Positions 27,000 through 41,289 of a stretch of 64,000 nt of DNA are shown here, in pieces. The notes under the pieces were generated by a model that was not told where the DNA came from, made no database searches, and worked only from the letters and a program-made list of their open reading frames with translations. This DNA is from Lama glama (Eukaryota), in contig CM052816.1 in assembly GCA_028534125.1 (NCBI GenBank), forward strand, positions 90,522,001 to 90,586,000, written 5' to 3'. The stretch's first letter is position 1. Each line of letters starts with the position of its first letter. Both the position numbers and the translations under genes were made by a program.

Positions 27000-28050
27000 C
27001 CCGATCTGTCAACAAATCTTGCTAATTTTACCTTCAAACCTTATCCCAAATGCATCTACTGGCCTCTATTTTCACCACTACCTCCAAGTCCAAGTCGCCA
27101 TCATCCGACCCCTAGACCGGTGACTTCTGAAATGTTTGCATCATACACGAAACCATAAAATAGTTTTGAGCACACACACTTCCGTTATGTATGTTGATTT
27201 ATTTGTGAATAGTATATCTGCTATGGTGTCCATATATTATGTCTCTTACCATATAGAAACAGAAAGCTTAGAATAAGAAATGTTAACATATACACATATG
27301 CACATATGCACACACGTAGGTGTGTATATAAATATATATGATAATATTTTCTTTAACAGTGCTAGGAGAGTGTCCCCCACACTCGCTGGGAACGTGTCCT
27401 CTGCACCGGAGTCACCGCCTGTCTACCATAATTCCTTCCTAATTGACCGCTCTACTTTCTCTCTTGTTTCCTATCATTCATTTTCCACAAATAAACTAAA
27501 TTAGGAACGCCATCCTTCTGCTGACAGCTCTCCAGTGGTCTTTCATTGTGTTTAAAATAAAATCTAAATTCCTTCCGCTGACCGACAGAGTCGTCCGTCA
27601 TCTAGGCCCTGTCCACTTCTCTGAAGCCCCTCTGCCCGAGGTTTGTCACACAGACCTTCCCCCTCTTCCTCTGGCACCACGCCCATCCCCACAGGGGGGC
27701 TTCTGAAGCAACTCTCCATGCCTTGAATGCCCTTTCCTAGGTCCTTGCAAGCCTCACTCCTTTGGGTCACACAGACCTCACATAAATGAATCCTCCTAAG
27801 AGAGACTATTTTAGCCCCTCAGCTAAGGTAGTGGCCCTGTCACTATCCAGCCCATCACGATGAGGGGATTTTCAGCAGAACACTTGCCTGCCCTCCGATG
27901 GTCATTGGTGTGGGTGTGTTCACAGGTGTATGTGTGTTCACTGTCTATTTGCTTGTTGTCACAAAAGAGTCGAGAATTTACCTCTCGCATTGACTGTGGA
28001 GCTGGTCTCACAGTAAACCCTCAATAAACATGTGCTGAATAAATGAACTT
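27000..28050 (+). mobile_element. L2 3' portion, interrupted by a probable DNA-element fragment (about 27125-27410)
   Basis: CT-rich L2 motifs ending cctcaataaacatgtgctgaataaatgaa. Confidence 0.7.
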
Positions 28051-29829
28051 ATGGAGCACTTCATTAATAGAAATCGGATGAACTCCTGATATGAAGTCAG
28101 TTGAATCAAGCAGAGTACAGTTTTATTAAGCCTATTTTTACTGAAATCCTTCTTGTAAGCAACCTATGAGAAAAAAAAAAAAGTAGGTGGCTTTATAGAA
28201 ATAGCCTGACAAGGGTTCAGATTTCTTTGAAACACCTACAATCAAAGGAGTCTGAGTCTAACAAGAGAATCACAGATTTCCAAAAATAAACACCCCTTTG
28301 GAAACAGGCAGTCTGCCATGCTTTGTAACGGGAGCTCTAAAACCCCATTACTGAGCCCTTTCTAGGAAACCTCAGTGATGTGAGTATAATTCAACAGCCT
28401 CTAATTGGCTGTGCTCTTAAAAGACCTTAAATACATAACAGACCTTATCTGATCTGAATTGCATCCAAAGGTTGTCACTTCAAGGAGATAAGGCTCTCGC
28501 AAAAGATACCGCATTGGGAAGGGAATACTGAACTATTCTCTGCTCCTCAACAAGACATCTGAAGGGAAAATGTTAATTTATATGTGCTTATTGAAAAGAA
28601 TTAAGTTTTCAGAAAACTAGGCTCATGAGAATACTAATATCCAGACAAACTGTTCAAATAAATAATCAAAGACATAAATATTCTGCAAGGATCCAATGCC
28701 TGAATCTGTTATTATTTTGCTGACAGAATTCCCATTCAAAATCATGAATTGTTTGTGGTGTGAAGCAGAATGAGAATCCACCATCATAATCAGCTCCAAG
28801 CAAAACTGGGTATTAGGCAGAGTTGGAAATCCATGTTCCTAACCTCACTTACTTGCACACCACACACATGGACACACGTGCACGTGCCTCCATCAATTCT
28901 GAAAAATCCAGAAAACCCTTTGATATGATTTATTAACATTTTAATATAAATTTAAAGTGTCCTCCACTCTCCCAGAAATATTTGTACCTGTCTCTTTTTT
29001 AACTGTGGAATAAAATAGCTTGTCTCCCTGACAAAGACATTTTGATGTTGAACATGGAATTGAGGGCGTTGTTTTGGAGTTAGTTGGAACTCTACCTTTT
29101 TCCCAAAATCATATCATTTGAGTAGCCATCTAGTTATTTGAAGCGTGCGCTTTTGGAAAAACAGCTCTCCTCATCCAGACGAGAGTTCTGCCCTCTTTGT
29201 TCGGTTGGATGGAACCATTAACAGAAGCACAGACTCGGGAACTTCCACCTGTCATCTGGAAACACAGACACACCCACATCTTATTCACCTTCTCTTGACT
29301 AACAGCTCAGATAATGCTGCTGAAGTCAGTATCAATTTCTTAATTATTCATTCTGACTGTGCCTTGGTGAAAACAAAGGCATGTTTTATACCCCTTGCTT
29401 TCTCACACTTTCTTTCAAAAGAAAGATCCTGTCAGAAACTATTATGACTTATTTAGACTTTTCAGCAAGCTGGGTGCTACTCAGAACCCAGCCTCGGAAG
29501 AGCTTCTTACGCTAGGAACTGGCATCTTAAAGAAGCCACCCAGACAGGACCAGGTAGACCCAAAGAAATAGAGAAGAAAAGAACAGAATTTTGGCATATA
29601 CTAGAAGTGATACACAGCCTTACACAATCTATGGGCACACCTGCCCCCTCACTGTCCTGCCCTTACACGCAGAACTGCATGCGGGCAGGGTCTTCCATTT
29701 GGGGTTGTTTCAGGGCTACACATGAGCCTCTCAACCCTCCTGCCCCCTGCCTGCCAACCATCACCATATCTTTAGCAGGGAATCTGCTTTTGACTTCTGC
29801 TTTTGTAATTCCCACACCCACCCCAATGC

Positions 29830-30245
29830 CTGCCATGATGTCAACAACTGATGAGAGTTGGACAAAGGAAGGGATGGATGCTGATTGGTCCAGGAATCAG
29901 GCTGATCCAATCAGAGCCCTTCCCTCAAATTTTAACATTTACCGCCCACAGTCATGACTCTCTACACAGTAAAGCTGCAATATGTAGACCAAGAGCTGCC
30001 AGAAGCTTAGGTGATGGCCATGAGAAAGAAGCCAGTCTGCGTCAACGAGACTGATACAGAGAGTATAAGAGAGATGGGGAAGGGAGGGAAGGTTCCTGGT
30101 GGGGTTTGTACCTTACATTTCACTGTGTCCACACCCTTGTCCTTCCTTTAGCTATGCAGGCCTTTGGGGAAATGCCCCCTTTTGCCTAAGCTATGGTTCA
30201 GCTAATTTTCTACAATTTGCCATGAGAAGCGTTCTGAAGACCTAA
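29830..30245 (+). mobile_element. Old ERVL LTR (LTR16-like)
   Basis: tgattggtccagg...ccaatcagagcccttccc...cccccttttgcctaagcta...gttctga. Confidence 0.5.
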
Positions 30246-31399
30246 TGTGTGTTTGTTTTTTCAACTATACTACGAGGGTCTTGGGGGAAAAAGCTCACCT
30301 CCTATTGCTTCAAAATCCTCCATGGTACCTATTATGGCATTTGGTACATGGAAGTCAGCATACTGATGCTTTCCAGAAAATGTGCTGTCTCTCATGTTGG
30401 AGAAAGACAGAAAGATATAGAAAGCATTTAGACAGGCCTGCAGCTGGGAGAGTGTTGAACAACAAAACTGGGGTCAAGGCTCCTACAGTGGCCACCTCCA
30501 TGGAGGCCCCCGATGACCTCTGCCTCTGACATTGGTATCTTGTACAATTCCCTCCTATGTGGTACCAGGGTCAGTCCATGTGACAAAGAGTACAGAGCAG
30601 AGTGATGGGCGGTTACTTCTGATACTCGATTATAAAAGGCAGCTTCCATCTTGAACATCTTTAGATTATGTTCACTTAAAAAAAAGAAGCATTTGTCATA
30701 AAAGAATATGCCTGAGTTTAGTTGGATATTTTACGAAGGAAATATTTTAATCTTGCAGAACTTCAACTTTGACATGGGCTATATATGCTACTTTAGGTGC
30801 TTTGTTGTGCCAGTCAGTCCACATGAAGTAACTTCATATTAAAGGCAAAAATTATTTTAATTAATCTGAGGGGCTCAACAAAAGATGTGACAATATATAA
30901 ATTAGCTCAAGTTGTTCAATACCATTTTAGCATCAGCACTCTCCCAAAAATGATAAACTGTGACAACAGTAGATAAGTTTCAATAGATAATTAAACTTAA
31001 TACTATGTAAGGACTGATATATTGATCCAAGACTGAGTATGTTCTATTGCCAAGTCAATAAGCATGTCCCATGGGCCTGAAATGGACAATGCCAAGAATC
31101 AGCAATCTATCAAAACACATAAATACTGTATGATATCAGATAAATACTGTATGATATCCGATTAGCTCAAGAGTGCCGCTTAAAACTATGAGAGGAGCGA
31201 AGGGGTTCTCAGTGGAAAGTTTAACTTGACCATGGCTCTATGCTGCCTTGAAAATATTTATGAGTAGATCATATTAATGACCACAGTGAAGAATTAAATA
31301 TGTGCTCCCAAATAAATGTTAGCCAACATGTTTTTGCAATCTCACGTCCAAGATGGTTCTAACAGGTGCCAATAGGTTTCCTCCCTAAAATTACTCTTG

Positions 31400-32060
31400 A
31401 CACATTTCTTCTCACTGAATATTCACCTGCCAAAAAACTAAGTTATTTCCTATTCCTCAAACACATCTTGCACTCTCTTGCCTTGGTGCTTTTGGTCTTT
31501 GTGCTCTACCTGATACTCCAATACTCACTCCATATCCTCCCCAACTTCACCTCCACCAACACATTTTGTACCCAGCCACAGGACAGCTCTGCTGCGAAGC
31601 CTTCCGAGCCACTCAAGAGTCACTTCCCACACCTGAATTTCTCTGATGCATGTGCTCTGCTGTCCTCATTTGGAAACTCATGAGAATTTCTTTCTCTTAT
31701 ATTTTCTAAATCATCACTTATTTGGGATTCATCTTGCCAATCACTTTGAATCCTTTTAGAGAAGACTTTGTCTCAAATGTCTTGGCAAGCCCAAGAGTGT
31801 CCTACAACTGGGAAGACAACAAGGTGTATCTGTGGCTTGATTATTCATTTATTGAAGAAAGAACAAGAAAGAGAGACATAAAAGTAAAAGCTAACATTTA
31901 CTAAGGGTTTACTATCTGCCAGGTACTTATTCTTCATGCTCCTTTTTGCATTTTATATCATTTATTTTTCTCAGTATCTTATGAAACAGATTCCCTCATT
32001 AACCACATTTTATGAAAGGAAGCAAGTTCTCTAAGGAAAATTTACTTCCCTGCACCACTG
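31400..32060. mobile_element. L2 3' fragment followed by a MIR
   Basis: L2-like CT-rich body, then agctaacatttactaagggtttactatctgccagg...cacattttatgaaagga (MIR core). Confidence 0.55.
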
Positions 32061-32307
32061 CCCCATCCCACTCACCCCAGGGTTGAGTTCAGCTTGCCCA
32101 GGGCTTCTGATGAATTCTGTCCTACCTGAAAATCTGGTTCAACTGAACATGGTCCTATCAGCCTTTCGTCTAAGCCACGGAGCAAAGGCAAATAGCTTTG
32201 CCCCAGTTGTTCCCATTTAAAGATGTGTGGTGAGGAACCATAAAAATACCAACGTTAACAATAGGTAAGGAAATAAATTCAACTTTTAAGAGAACAAAAT
32301 ATTAGAA

Positions 32308-32327
32308 TATATATATATATATATATA
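32308..32327. repeat. (TA)n microsatellite
   Basis: Perfect TA run. Confidence 0.9.
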
Positions 32328-33749
32328 AAATATCCTGCATAAAGCAAAATACTTTGACTTACTAAAACCAACTTCCAGGGTAACTTCAACTTAAAAAAAG
32401 TAAACATTTATTTGGTTGACAAATACTTGTACATTTCCTGCAATCACTGATTTAAATATCAGGAACTCCAAAGTACTCACCCATTTTGTTCATCTTGCTT
32501 CAGCCTACAGCCTAAAAACGCACCCAAGGACCTTAAACTATTCTGAAGAGCACAACAGTGATCATTAACCATTTCCATCTCAAAGGCAGAGCTATTCTAG
32601 GTTCTAGAAAGCCACACAAGAAAGTGAAACTCAATTGTAGCCGTATATGTATACGGCAGTAAGAAGAGCCTCTAAAAACCAAACTGCTTTAAATAAATTG
32701 ACCTCTTTAACCCTCCTTTAGGGAATGTCTAGGACATTCATAACTCATAAGGAAATTAATTATGAAACAATGCATCCCAGAGTTTCCCTACATCCACATA
32801 AAAAATTAATATTAATCATGGTAGCACTCCCTTCTACAGCACCTGCTCCTGACTGTCCCAGTTAATTAAAGCTTACACAGTGGCCTTAGCCTTGGGCAAT
32901 CCTTTGAATCGTAGGCCCTAGCCATGTCCTCCGTACCCAGAGACGTTGTGCTGACAGTCTTATTTCCCTGATGACCTGAAGTGACTGAACCGAAGAATGC
33001 AGAACAAGTGGTCCCCACCCTGCCATTTTCCCTTTCGTGAGGATGTAGCCATTCTCTCTGACTGGCTCGAAAGAAATTAACAGTCAATGAGAGGACAGTG
33101 TTTCACAGCAATATTTGTTGAAGTGACACTTGGAGAGGGGGCTTGAGAAATAATTTTGGAGCCAAAATTGAAGTTTATGCTTAAATTATACATGATGTTG
33201 TTGCAGTTTCATAGATCATTAAACAATTGCAAAGCTGCATGAGGAAGGGAGGGAGGGAGGAGGAAGGGGTGAAAGAGAGAAGAAAAGGAGGGGGTGGGGG
33301 GTGAGGGCCACAAAGAAAGCACTGCTGATGACCGGAATTCTCAGACTTTGTCCTCATATGACTAACGTCATCTCATTAGGACAGGAGGCCTTCAAAGTCA
33401 AATGTATCTCCAAATTTGAGGATAAAGTCAGAAAAGATCACATCTGCAATAAAATCTAAAAATTAAAAAGAAAAAAGAGTGGAGGGAGAGATTTGGATCA
33501 ACCCAATACCCAAGAGGAACCAAGTTAGAGATGCCTTGTAAGTATGGCACCAATGAGGTTAGTATAACTTCAGATTCTACTTGAGAAGACTAAAATAATA
33601 ACCAAGGTCAGCTGAACCCTGCTGGCATCAGCTATATTGTGCCCAAGTATTGTGAACTGACTTAAAATCAGTGGGACTGCCTAGCTGTTACGAGTTTCTT
33701 TTAGTCAAAGTTGAGTAGTACATGCAGTAATCTTCAGTGTTAACTTACA

Positions 33750-34230
33750 AACATTCAGATACACTCCTCTGGGGCTCAGAGTAGAGTTGTGCTTCCGGGC
33801 ACTCATGCAGTGGGGTGAGTCATGTGACCAGCCCTAGCCAGTGAATTGTGAGGAGTCTTTTAATCACCAGCGTGATACCCACCAGGACTCCACATACGTC
33901 CCACAAGCAGCGATGCTCCATCAGCTCAGGTCACAGAATGAGCTCAGCCATGATGCAGAGCAGAGCCTCCAACCAACCCACAGTGGGCATGGAGTGTGAG
34001 CAAGAAATATACCTATGTGGTTTTAAGCCACAGCAAAACCTAGCCCAGTGGTTCTCAGAGAGTAGTTCCCAGCCAGCTGAAGCAGCATCACCTGGGGCCC
34101 TGTGAGCCATGAAAATTCTCAACCCCTCATCCAAGACCTACTGACTCAGAAACTCAGAGGCTGGGGCCCAGTCACCTATTTTAACTAGCTCTCCGGTGAT
34201 ACTGATGCTAACTAAAGTCGGAAAGCCAAG
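33750..34230 (+). mobile_element. Old MLT1 fragment followed by MER5A (about 34045-34225)
   Basis: catgtgaccagccctagccagtgaattgtgag...gagcaagaaata...ttttaagccac, then cagtggttctca...gcagcatcacctggg...agacctactgactcagaaactc. Confidence 0.7.
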
Positions 34231-35285
34231 AACCGTCTAACCTAACCTTCTGGACGCAGTCTACGTGTCCCTTCCCCCAAAGTGATCTAACACCAAGTGA
34301 TAGACTACAAAGAAAGCAGGTCTTAGTCTCATTTCTGACAAATGTAGGGATATTTACTAGCAAGCAGGTGTCAGTTATGAGACCTACTCTCATAGCTCAC
34401 GAAAGTCCTGTCCCTGCCCTCAGGCCCTCTAACAACACCTTACAGGGAAGTTTCACTCTCAGGCCAATAAAAGGATATTTTGCAGACAGGACCATCCAGA
34501 TCCTAGTGAGATGTCAGCGTCCTCCACAAAGCAGAGTGATGCATGACTAAGATGGCTCTACACGGACCATGGCAGCCCGCTGGGCTTCCGGGGTCCTGGG
34601 ACCCAGCCAGTTTTTGACTTACCGTGAAAGCCAGTCACTGCACCAGTGAAAAGTTATTTCTTACAGCCCAGTTGCTAATTGATAAGTCTTTCAGCATAGA
34701 TTTCCAAAGGTTTGAAATAGTAAGAAAAGGAAGAGTTGTTTCCTTGCTATGACACTTCAAATGCTAACTATTCATCCTAGAACGTGGATTCTGATGAAGG
34801 TATTCCAACCGTCTCAGGAGGGTGTAGATTAAAGGTAATTTTAACATAGGTGCATCACATTTTTTGTACAAGAGGAAATATTATTAAAAATCAAGTTATG
34901 GATTCCATCAGATCCAGTGAGAGAAGAATCAGGCAGTCTGAGTGTCAGGGTGTCAAACTCAAGGACTATTTCAAAAAACACTTTCAATAGCCAGTCCTGC
35001 CTAAATGGGTCGAAATACTTGTAGAACACAAAGGACAATTTGTTGAGCTACTATGGTTTCTTGGCAATATCCATTGGTGTAATTCTAAGCTCACCAAGCA
35101 AGCTCCTAGTCTCTGTTCCCCTCACAGGACCATTGTCCTGGCAGAAGCGAGTGTCCTAAATAAAAAGGTAACTCCAGTAAAAAGGGTAGCTGGAGTTAGG
35201 TAAGACGGCCTACCAGATATCTTAAGATTGTGACTTGAAAATTGCCACTCTGGCTTTTTAATCAGCATATTGAAAGTTTGGTTGG

Positions 35286-35812
35286 TGTGGTCGGCTCAAT
35301 AATGTTCCCCCCATCCCCTCGCCAAGATGCCTGTGTTCTAATCCCAGAACCTGTGAATACGTTCCCTTACATGGCAAAAAGATTCTGCAGATGTGGTCAA
35401 GGGAAGGATCCTGAGATGGGGAAATTACCTGGGATTGTCTGGATGGGTTCAGTGCAATCACAGGGGTCCTACAGGAAGGAGCCAGGAGGGCCAACATCAG
35501 AGAAGTTGATGTGATGATGGAAGCAGAGGTCTGACAGCCAGAGAGGACTGAAGATGCTCCAAGGCTGGCTTTGTAGAGAGAGGAAGGGCTGTGGGTCAAG
35601 GAGCGCGGGCAGTCTCTGGAAGCTGGGAAAAGCTAGGAAACAAATCTTCCCTTAGAGGCTTCAGAAGGAGCCCGCCCTGCGGACACCCTGACCTGAGCCC
35701 AGTGAGACTGATTTTGGATTTCTGACCTCCAGAGTATAAGATAACAAGTTCGTGTGTTTTTAAGCCACCAAGTCTGTGGTAATTTATTATAGCAGCACTA
35801 AGAAACGAATAC
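35286..35812 (+). mobile_element. MaLR solo LTR (MLT1D-like)
   Basis: tgtggtcggctcaataatg...ctaatcccagaacctgtgaata...ttatagcagcactaagaaacgaataca. Confidence 0.9.
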
Positions 35813-37834
35813 AGTTCGTGCGATTTATTTTACAGTCTGATAACCTCTGGGTGAATTAAAAAATTGGATTTCTGGAAGATTAAAAACTGGGCCCTGGGCC
35901 TCTGAGGAATCCCTGTGATGTTCATTCTCTTCTCCCACTCTCACTTTCCTTTTCCCTCTCTCTCTCTCTCCTCATGATCATCCTCAAAGCCTGAAGGAAA
36001 AACTGAAAGTAGGGATTCATTTGACAATTCTCTACTTTGACCAGTCATCTATTCAGATGTAATGAAAGAACACATCAATTTTATAGAGTTTACCTGTCAA
36101 ATATCTTCAGTTACCTACAACAGAAAAGAAGCCTAGAACTTAAAAAACTAGCTAAGTCAGATATAACACATTCCATTGACTAAATGTCCCCTATTTTAGC
36201 CCTAGGCGGTTATCTCTATGCCTAATCACTCTTATGTAGGATTTAACAAACTCCGAGATCTAACTGTCGAGCCCATCATAAGATCTGAAGCTACAGACAC
36301 AGAAGAAGGAATGGGGAGTGGACCGCTAAAAGCAATCCAGCATTTGCAGAAGGAAGCAAGAGGTCACAACCTAACAGCATGAATGAGACATAAAAACTCT
36401 TCTTAAAAAAACAGACCCCAGACTTAGGAGAGGGAAAATAGGCAGCAGCCTGGAGCCATTTCATGAAGGATCAGCTAGACCTACACAGCTGGGCAGAGGC
36501 TCTGGATACATAAATGCATTAAATCACAGAGCAATTTCTGGCATTTCTTACGATGAGCCTAAGTTACCAGAATAGCATTCCACCGAGCTTTTATAAAATG
36601 CCTAATAAGGTAGGGAAGTATGTTCTGTTGTGGTAAACATAATTAATTGTATGTTTTAATGTTTAATAGGGTAAGATCCCTTAATAAATTCACTTAATAG
36701 GAAGCCCCTCATTCTTCAATTATGCCAAATAGTGTTACAATATTATTAAATTAATTCCATGCTAATTAGTAATTCTTAAATCAGAACTCCTTTTTCTTTC
36801 CCCGGCCTTTTTTTTTTGACTCTCAAGAGTTTAAGATTGAGGAAATCCTAACACCAAAGATAAGCATCTCCTCAATTCATCATCTACTTTGTGGTCTTGC
36901 CAACAGCCCCACAGGAGATGATTTGAAAGAGCGGCATCCAGGCAGGATTTTACTCATCCCAGAATTTGGAGAATTTACCTGGCAAGCTCTATGAAAGAGG
37001 TCTGATCCCACCCACGGAAGAGGGGAGAAAGGTGTAGCCAAAAGCACTTCCATCATCAGTTCACATCTCCTGAGACTCTCAAGACTCGAAGCCCAAGATC
37101 GAGTCATCAAGACAGGATGCAGATGTCAGATGTCATTTAAAGTCAAGTTTTTAAAAGTCACTTTAAACACATCAGCCCTAAGCATAACTTCCTATCCAAA
37201 TGAAAGTTAAGCCAATGTATAAGACCCGACAGGTTTGCAGACGACCTAAGCCCTTCAAAGCGAGAAATTAAAGTCATATTTTTGGCATTCACAGATCTCC
37301 ACCACCCCCAGCCTTGAGTTTCCTCAGGCAAAGATTAAGCCCATGATTTGGTAACCATCACTTTGCATATCATAGAAAAAGGTATGTTAGGTAAGTGCTT
37401 AGCATTCTCCAGGGACTCTGTAGAAGGAAGTGAGTTGCTCAAGGGCACAGCCATAAAGTGAGAAGTGAGAAGACCAATCAGATAATATGGAAGATTCCAC
37501 AGCTTGGAATTGCACCATCGAGTTTCTCATCTCCAGTCTCCAGATATCGTTTCATTGAGCAGTGACAGTAAACCTGATGCTAGGGGGAAAAAATGATGTT
37601 TCTCAAGCAGCAAACTCAGAGGAGAACATGAGTGAAAAATCAGATATCAACTTTGCCTGCAGATATATGGGGGGTTTATTACACCCTTTCTCCTTGGCTG
37701 ACTGACTCTTCACCATCATGTGGGGTTATTCTCCAGGCTGCTGCTGGAGACCTCTTACACATCAATTCACTTGAAGTACCAAACGGTCTGTGGTGGGTTC
37801 TTCTATGCAACCAAAAGCTCTGGTCACTGAAAAT

Positions 37835-38320
37835 ACACTAGTGAATGAGTTCCACATAGTCCTTGCCCTCAGATAGCAGAGAAATTGAGCTAGGAAAGAG
37901 GAAATTGCAATCAAATGTGAAATGTGCTCTGATCAGAGCAATGTGGGGTCCTATGGGAGTTCTAGGAGGGGCTGTATTAAATATGAGCTGAGAGGGATGA
38001 GTGGGAATTGCAAGCTGAAGGTGGAAGCCCCAGGATGAGGGAATCTCCCTGGAAGATGAAATCACGGGAGCAAAGAGCTAGTGATGAGAATGTGAGCTGG
38101 GCGTTGGCATGGTTGAAAGCAGCTCAGGTCAGTCCCCCTGGTGAGTGGGCTATGTTGGAGCATTTCAAGTTGATCTAAAGAGTAGGGAAGAGTCTCTGAA
38201 GGGCTTGAAGGGTGCTGGTGTCATCAGCAGGGTCTCATTCAAAAAGATACCTCTGGCTGAAGCTGAATAGGCTATGGAGAGCTTGAGACAAGAAGACTTA
38301 TTTGAAGGTTGTGGAATCTC
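37835..38320 (-). mobile_element. L2 fragment
   Basis: catagtccttgccctca...aatgtgctctgatcagag...gctgagagggatgagtgggaatt. Confidence 0.6.
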
Positions 38321-38715
38321 TCATAGAAGACCCTCATAGCATCAGAGTGTGGGGAAACATACCCTGAGAGGTAGGCTGACTTCAGAATTAGGCACTGTGC
38401 TGGAGGATCTGTTATACGTCTACATGGGTGTCAATCTGGTATCTCTGCAGGTTGAATCCAGTGATAAATAAATTTCCTTGGCCTGAACAGTGATTATTCT
38501 TAATGAACTTAGATGTCTTTTTAAAGTAAGGCTTGGTGTCTCCATTACTCTCTATTTTCCTAAAGTCAACGCAAGTTACACATGTATGCTACCAGCATGG
38601 TGACTGTGCGCACTCGAGTTTATACATTTCTGAGATAAAACATGAAACTATTTTTCCATGTAATCAAAGAAATCATTATCCTTTTGGACAGTTTGGGCCA
38701 CCATTATGTGAATGA

Positions 38716-39700
38716 CCCTCATATAACTTAATAAGAAAAAAACAAACAACCCAATCCAAAAATGGGCAGAGGACCTAAATAAGCAATTCTCCAATGAAGA
38801 CATACAAATGGCCAACAGGCACATGAAAAAAATTTTCAATATTGCTAATTCTCAGAGAAATCCAAATCAAAACTACAATGAGGTATCACCTCACACCCGT
38901 CAGAATGGCCATCATTCAAAAGTCCACAAACAATAGTTGCTGGAGAGGCTGTGGAGAAAAGGGATGATGATGGGAATGGTGCAGCTGTTATGGAAAACAT
39001 TACGGAGATTCCTCAAAAGACAAAAAATAGACTTACCATATGATCCAGGAACCCCACACTTGGGCATATAGCAAGAGGAAACCTTAATTCAAAAAGTTAC
39101 ATGCACCCCAATGTTCATAGTAGCACTATTTACAATAGCCAAGACATGGAAGTAACCTAAATGTCCATCGACAGATGACTGGATAAAGAAGTTGTGGTAT
39201 ATTTATACAATAGAATACTACTCAGCCATAAAAAATAATAAAATAATACCATTTGCAGCAACATGGATGGACCTAAAGATTTTCATTCTAACTGAAGTAA
39301 GCCAGAGAAAGAAAGAAAAATGCCATATGTTATCACTTACATGTGGAATCTAAAAAAAAAAAAGACATAAATGAAAAAGACATAAACAGAAACAGACTTA
39401 CAGACACAGAAAACAAACTTATGCTTACCAGGGCAGAAGCAGGTGGGAAGGGATAATTGGAAGTTGGAGATTTGCAGATACTAACTAATGTAAGTAAAAT
39501 AGATAAACAACAAGTTCATACTGTATATATATCACAGGGAACTATATCCAATATCCTGCAGTAATTTATAGTGAAAAAGAATATGAAAACTAATATATGT
39601 ATGTTCTGTATGACTGAAGCATTATGCTGTACACCAGAAATTGACACATTATAAACTGACCATACTTCAATAAAAATACATATATATATATAAAAATTTT
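38716..39700 (+). mobile_element. About 1-kb 5'-truncated L1 (end of ORF2 plus 3'UTR), relatively young
   Basis: aaacaacccaatccaaaaatgggcagaggacctaaat...aaactacaatgaggtatcacctcacacc...cttcaataaaaa. Confidence 0.93.
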
Positions 39701-39704
39701 TTTA

Positions 39705-40383
39705 AATAACAAGTGTTGATGATGAGGATGTGGAAAAATTGGGATCCTCATGCATTGCTGGTGAGATGTACCATAGCACAGCCACTTTGGAAAACAGTTT
39801 GGCTGCTTCTTTAAAAGTTCAGCATGAAGTTAGCATATGACCCAGCAATTCCCTCTTAGGAAATTATCCAAGAGAAATAAAAACATATGACCACATGAAT
39901 GTTCATAGCAGCACTTCTGCTCATAAGAGCCACAACAGTGGAACAATCCAAATGACCATTAACTGGTAAATGGATAAGCAAAGTGTAGGATATTCGTACA
40001 AGATATCCATATATATTGTTCTGCAACATAAATGAATGAGGTATTAATACAAACTACAACCTGGATGAACCTCAAAAACACACGCTAAGTGAAAGAAGCC
40101 AGTCACAAAAGACGACATATCATATGACTTCATTTATACCCAAAGTCTAGAAAAGGCAGATCTGTAGAAAGATCATTAGTTGCCTGAGGCTGGAGGTAGG
40201 AACAGGGAGTCCTTGCAGAGAGACACTCAGGATCTTTTTGAGATAATAGAAATGTGCTAAAATTGGATTGGGCTGGTGGTCTCATGACTCTGCAAATTTA
40301 CCTAAAATCATTTAATTCTATGCTTAAAATGAGGGAAATGTATAGGATATAAGTTATACACCAATAAAGCTGTTCGAAAAAAG
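39705..40383 (+). mobile_element. Older L1 (L1MB-like) 3' end
   Basis: ataacaagtgttg...gaggatgtggaaaaattgg...gacccagcaattcc...gaaagaagccagtcacaaaagac...caataaagctgtt. Confidence 0.88.
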
Positions 40384-41289
40384 ATAATCTCACATCGTGA
40401 GACATGGGAAATGTCAAATCAATGGTTTAAGAAAATGGTCTTCAAACTTTTAATGTTAAAAATATGAGTGTGCCTCCTCAATATATATGCATTTATTTCT
40501 TTACAAATAATGAAATGAAGCAATGTATTATTAGTCTTTTAGGTGGAGGAGAGACTATACCACCAAAAATAAAGATTTTAGTAAAAGACGAGGATTTAAA
40601 TCACATAAACAGGTAATATTTGAATATAAAATTATTGATCTCATCACAAGATTTTTAAGAATAAAAGAATCTAGGGATTAGAATTAGTGAACAAAGTGAA
40701 TTCCAGGATAATGAACATGTGACTATGGGAAGCTGCCAAAACTGACTGGGGATTCTGTGATGGACAAGACCACTCACACGTAATGAACCCTCAGAATATT
40801 CATCCATTTGAAAATCATGTCCGAAGTGATTCTGTGTTTGCATGCTGAACAAAGGGACATCCATCAAAATACACCCAGCTGTTCTAAGGATGGTGAATAT
40901 TCAGGAACACGGGACGGCAGGCACTATTGATCACAAATGTCAAAGAGGAGAGTTCAAAGGAAGGGCAGAGAAGGAAAGTGGGAGGAAGGATTCATACGAA
41001 GAGAAAGCTTCCTGAACAATGTGGACAGCTGCTTCCAGGTGGGGCGGATTTGTTCACATCACTCTGTCTAAGCCACCTACTGTGACCAAAGAGTTAAATA
41101 TAAAGAAGAATGTGCCAAGTTTATGTGGCGTTATAACAGCTATTAAATTTTTAAATACCTTTGCTCCATCTACTGGTGTTTACCCTTAACCTTTTCTCCC
41201 AAGGTTTCACATTGCAAAACTAATGATTTCTGTTGGCTTTGATGTTTACAATGTGATACGAACAGCAAGTTACAGGCAAGAAATGAAAA

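Noticed and set aside
24700..35812. Two same-orientation MLT1 LTRs about 10 kb apart as a possible full provirus
   Set aside because: The intervening DNA is L2, MIR and unique sequence with no recognisable internal region or PBS, so these are independent solo LTRs.
38648..38839. [30 protein letters not shown] (similar case at 52244-52528)
   Set aside because: Familiar antisense translation of L1 ORF2, not a gene.
40825..40870. Sox-Oct-like composite (CTTTGTT-CAGC-ATGCAAA on minus)
   Set aside because: Non-canonical spacing and short motifs that are expected by chance.
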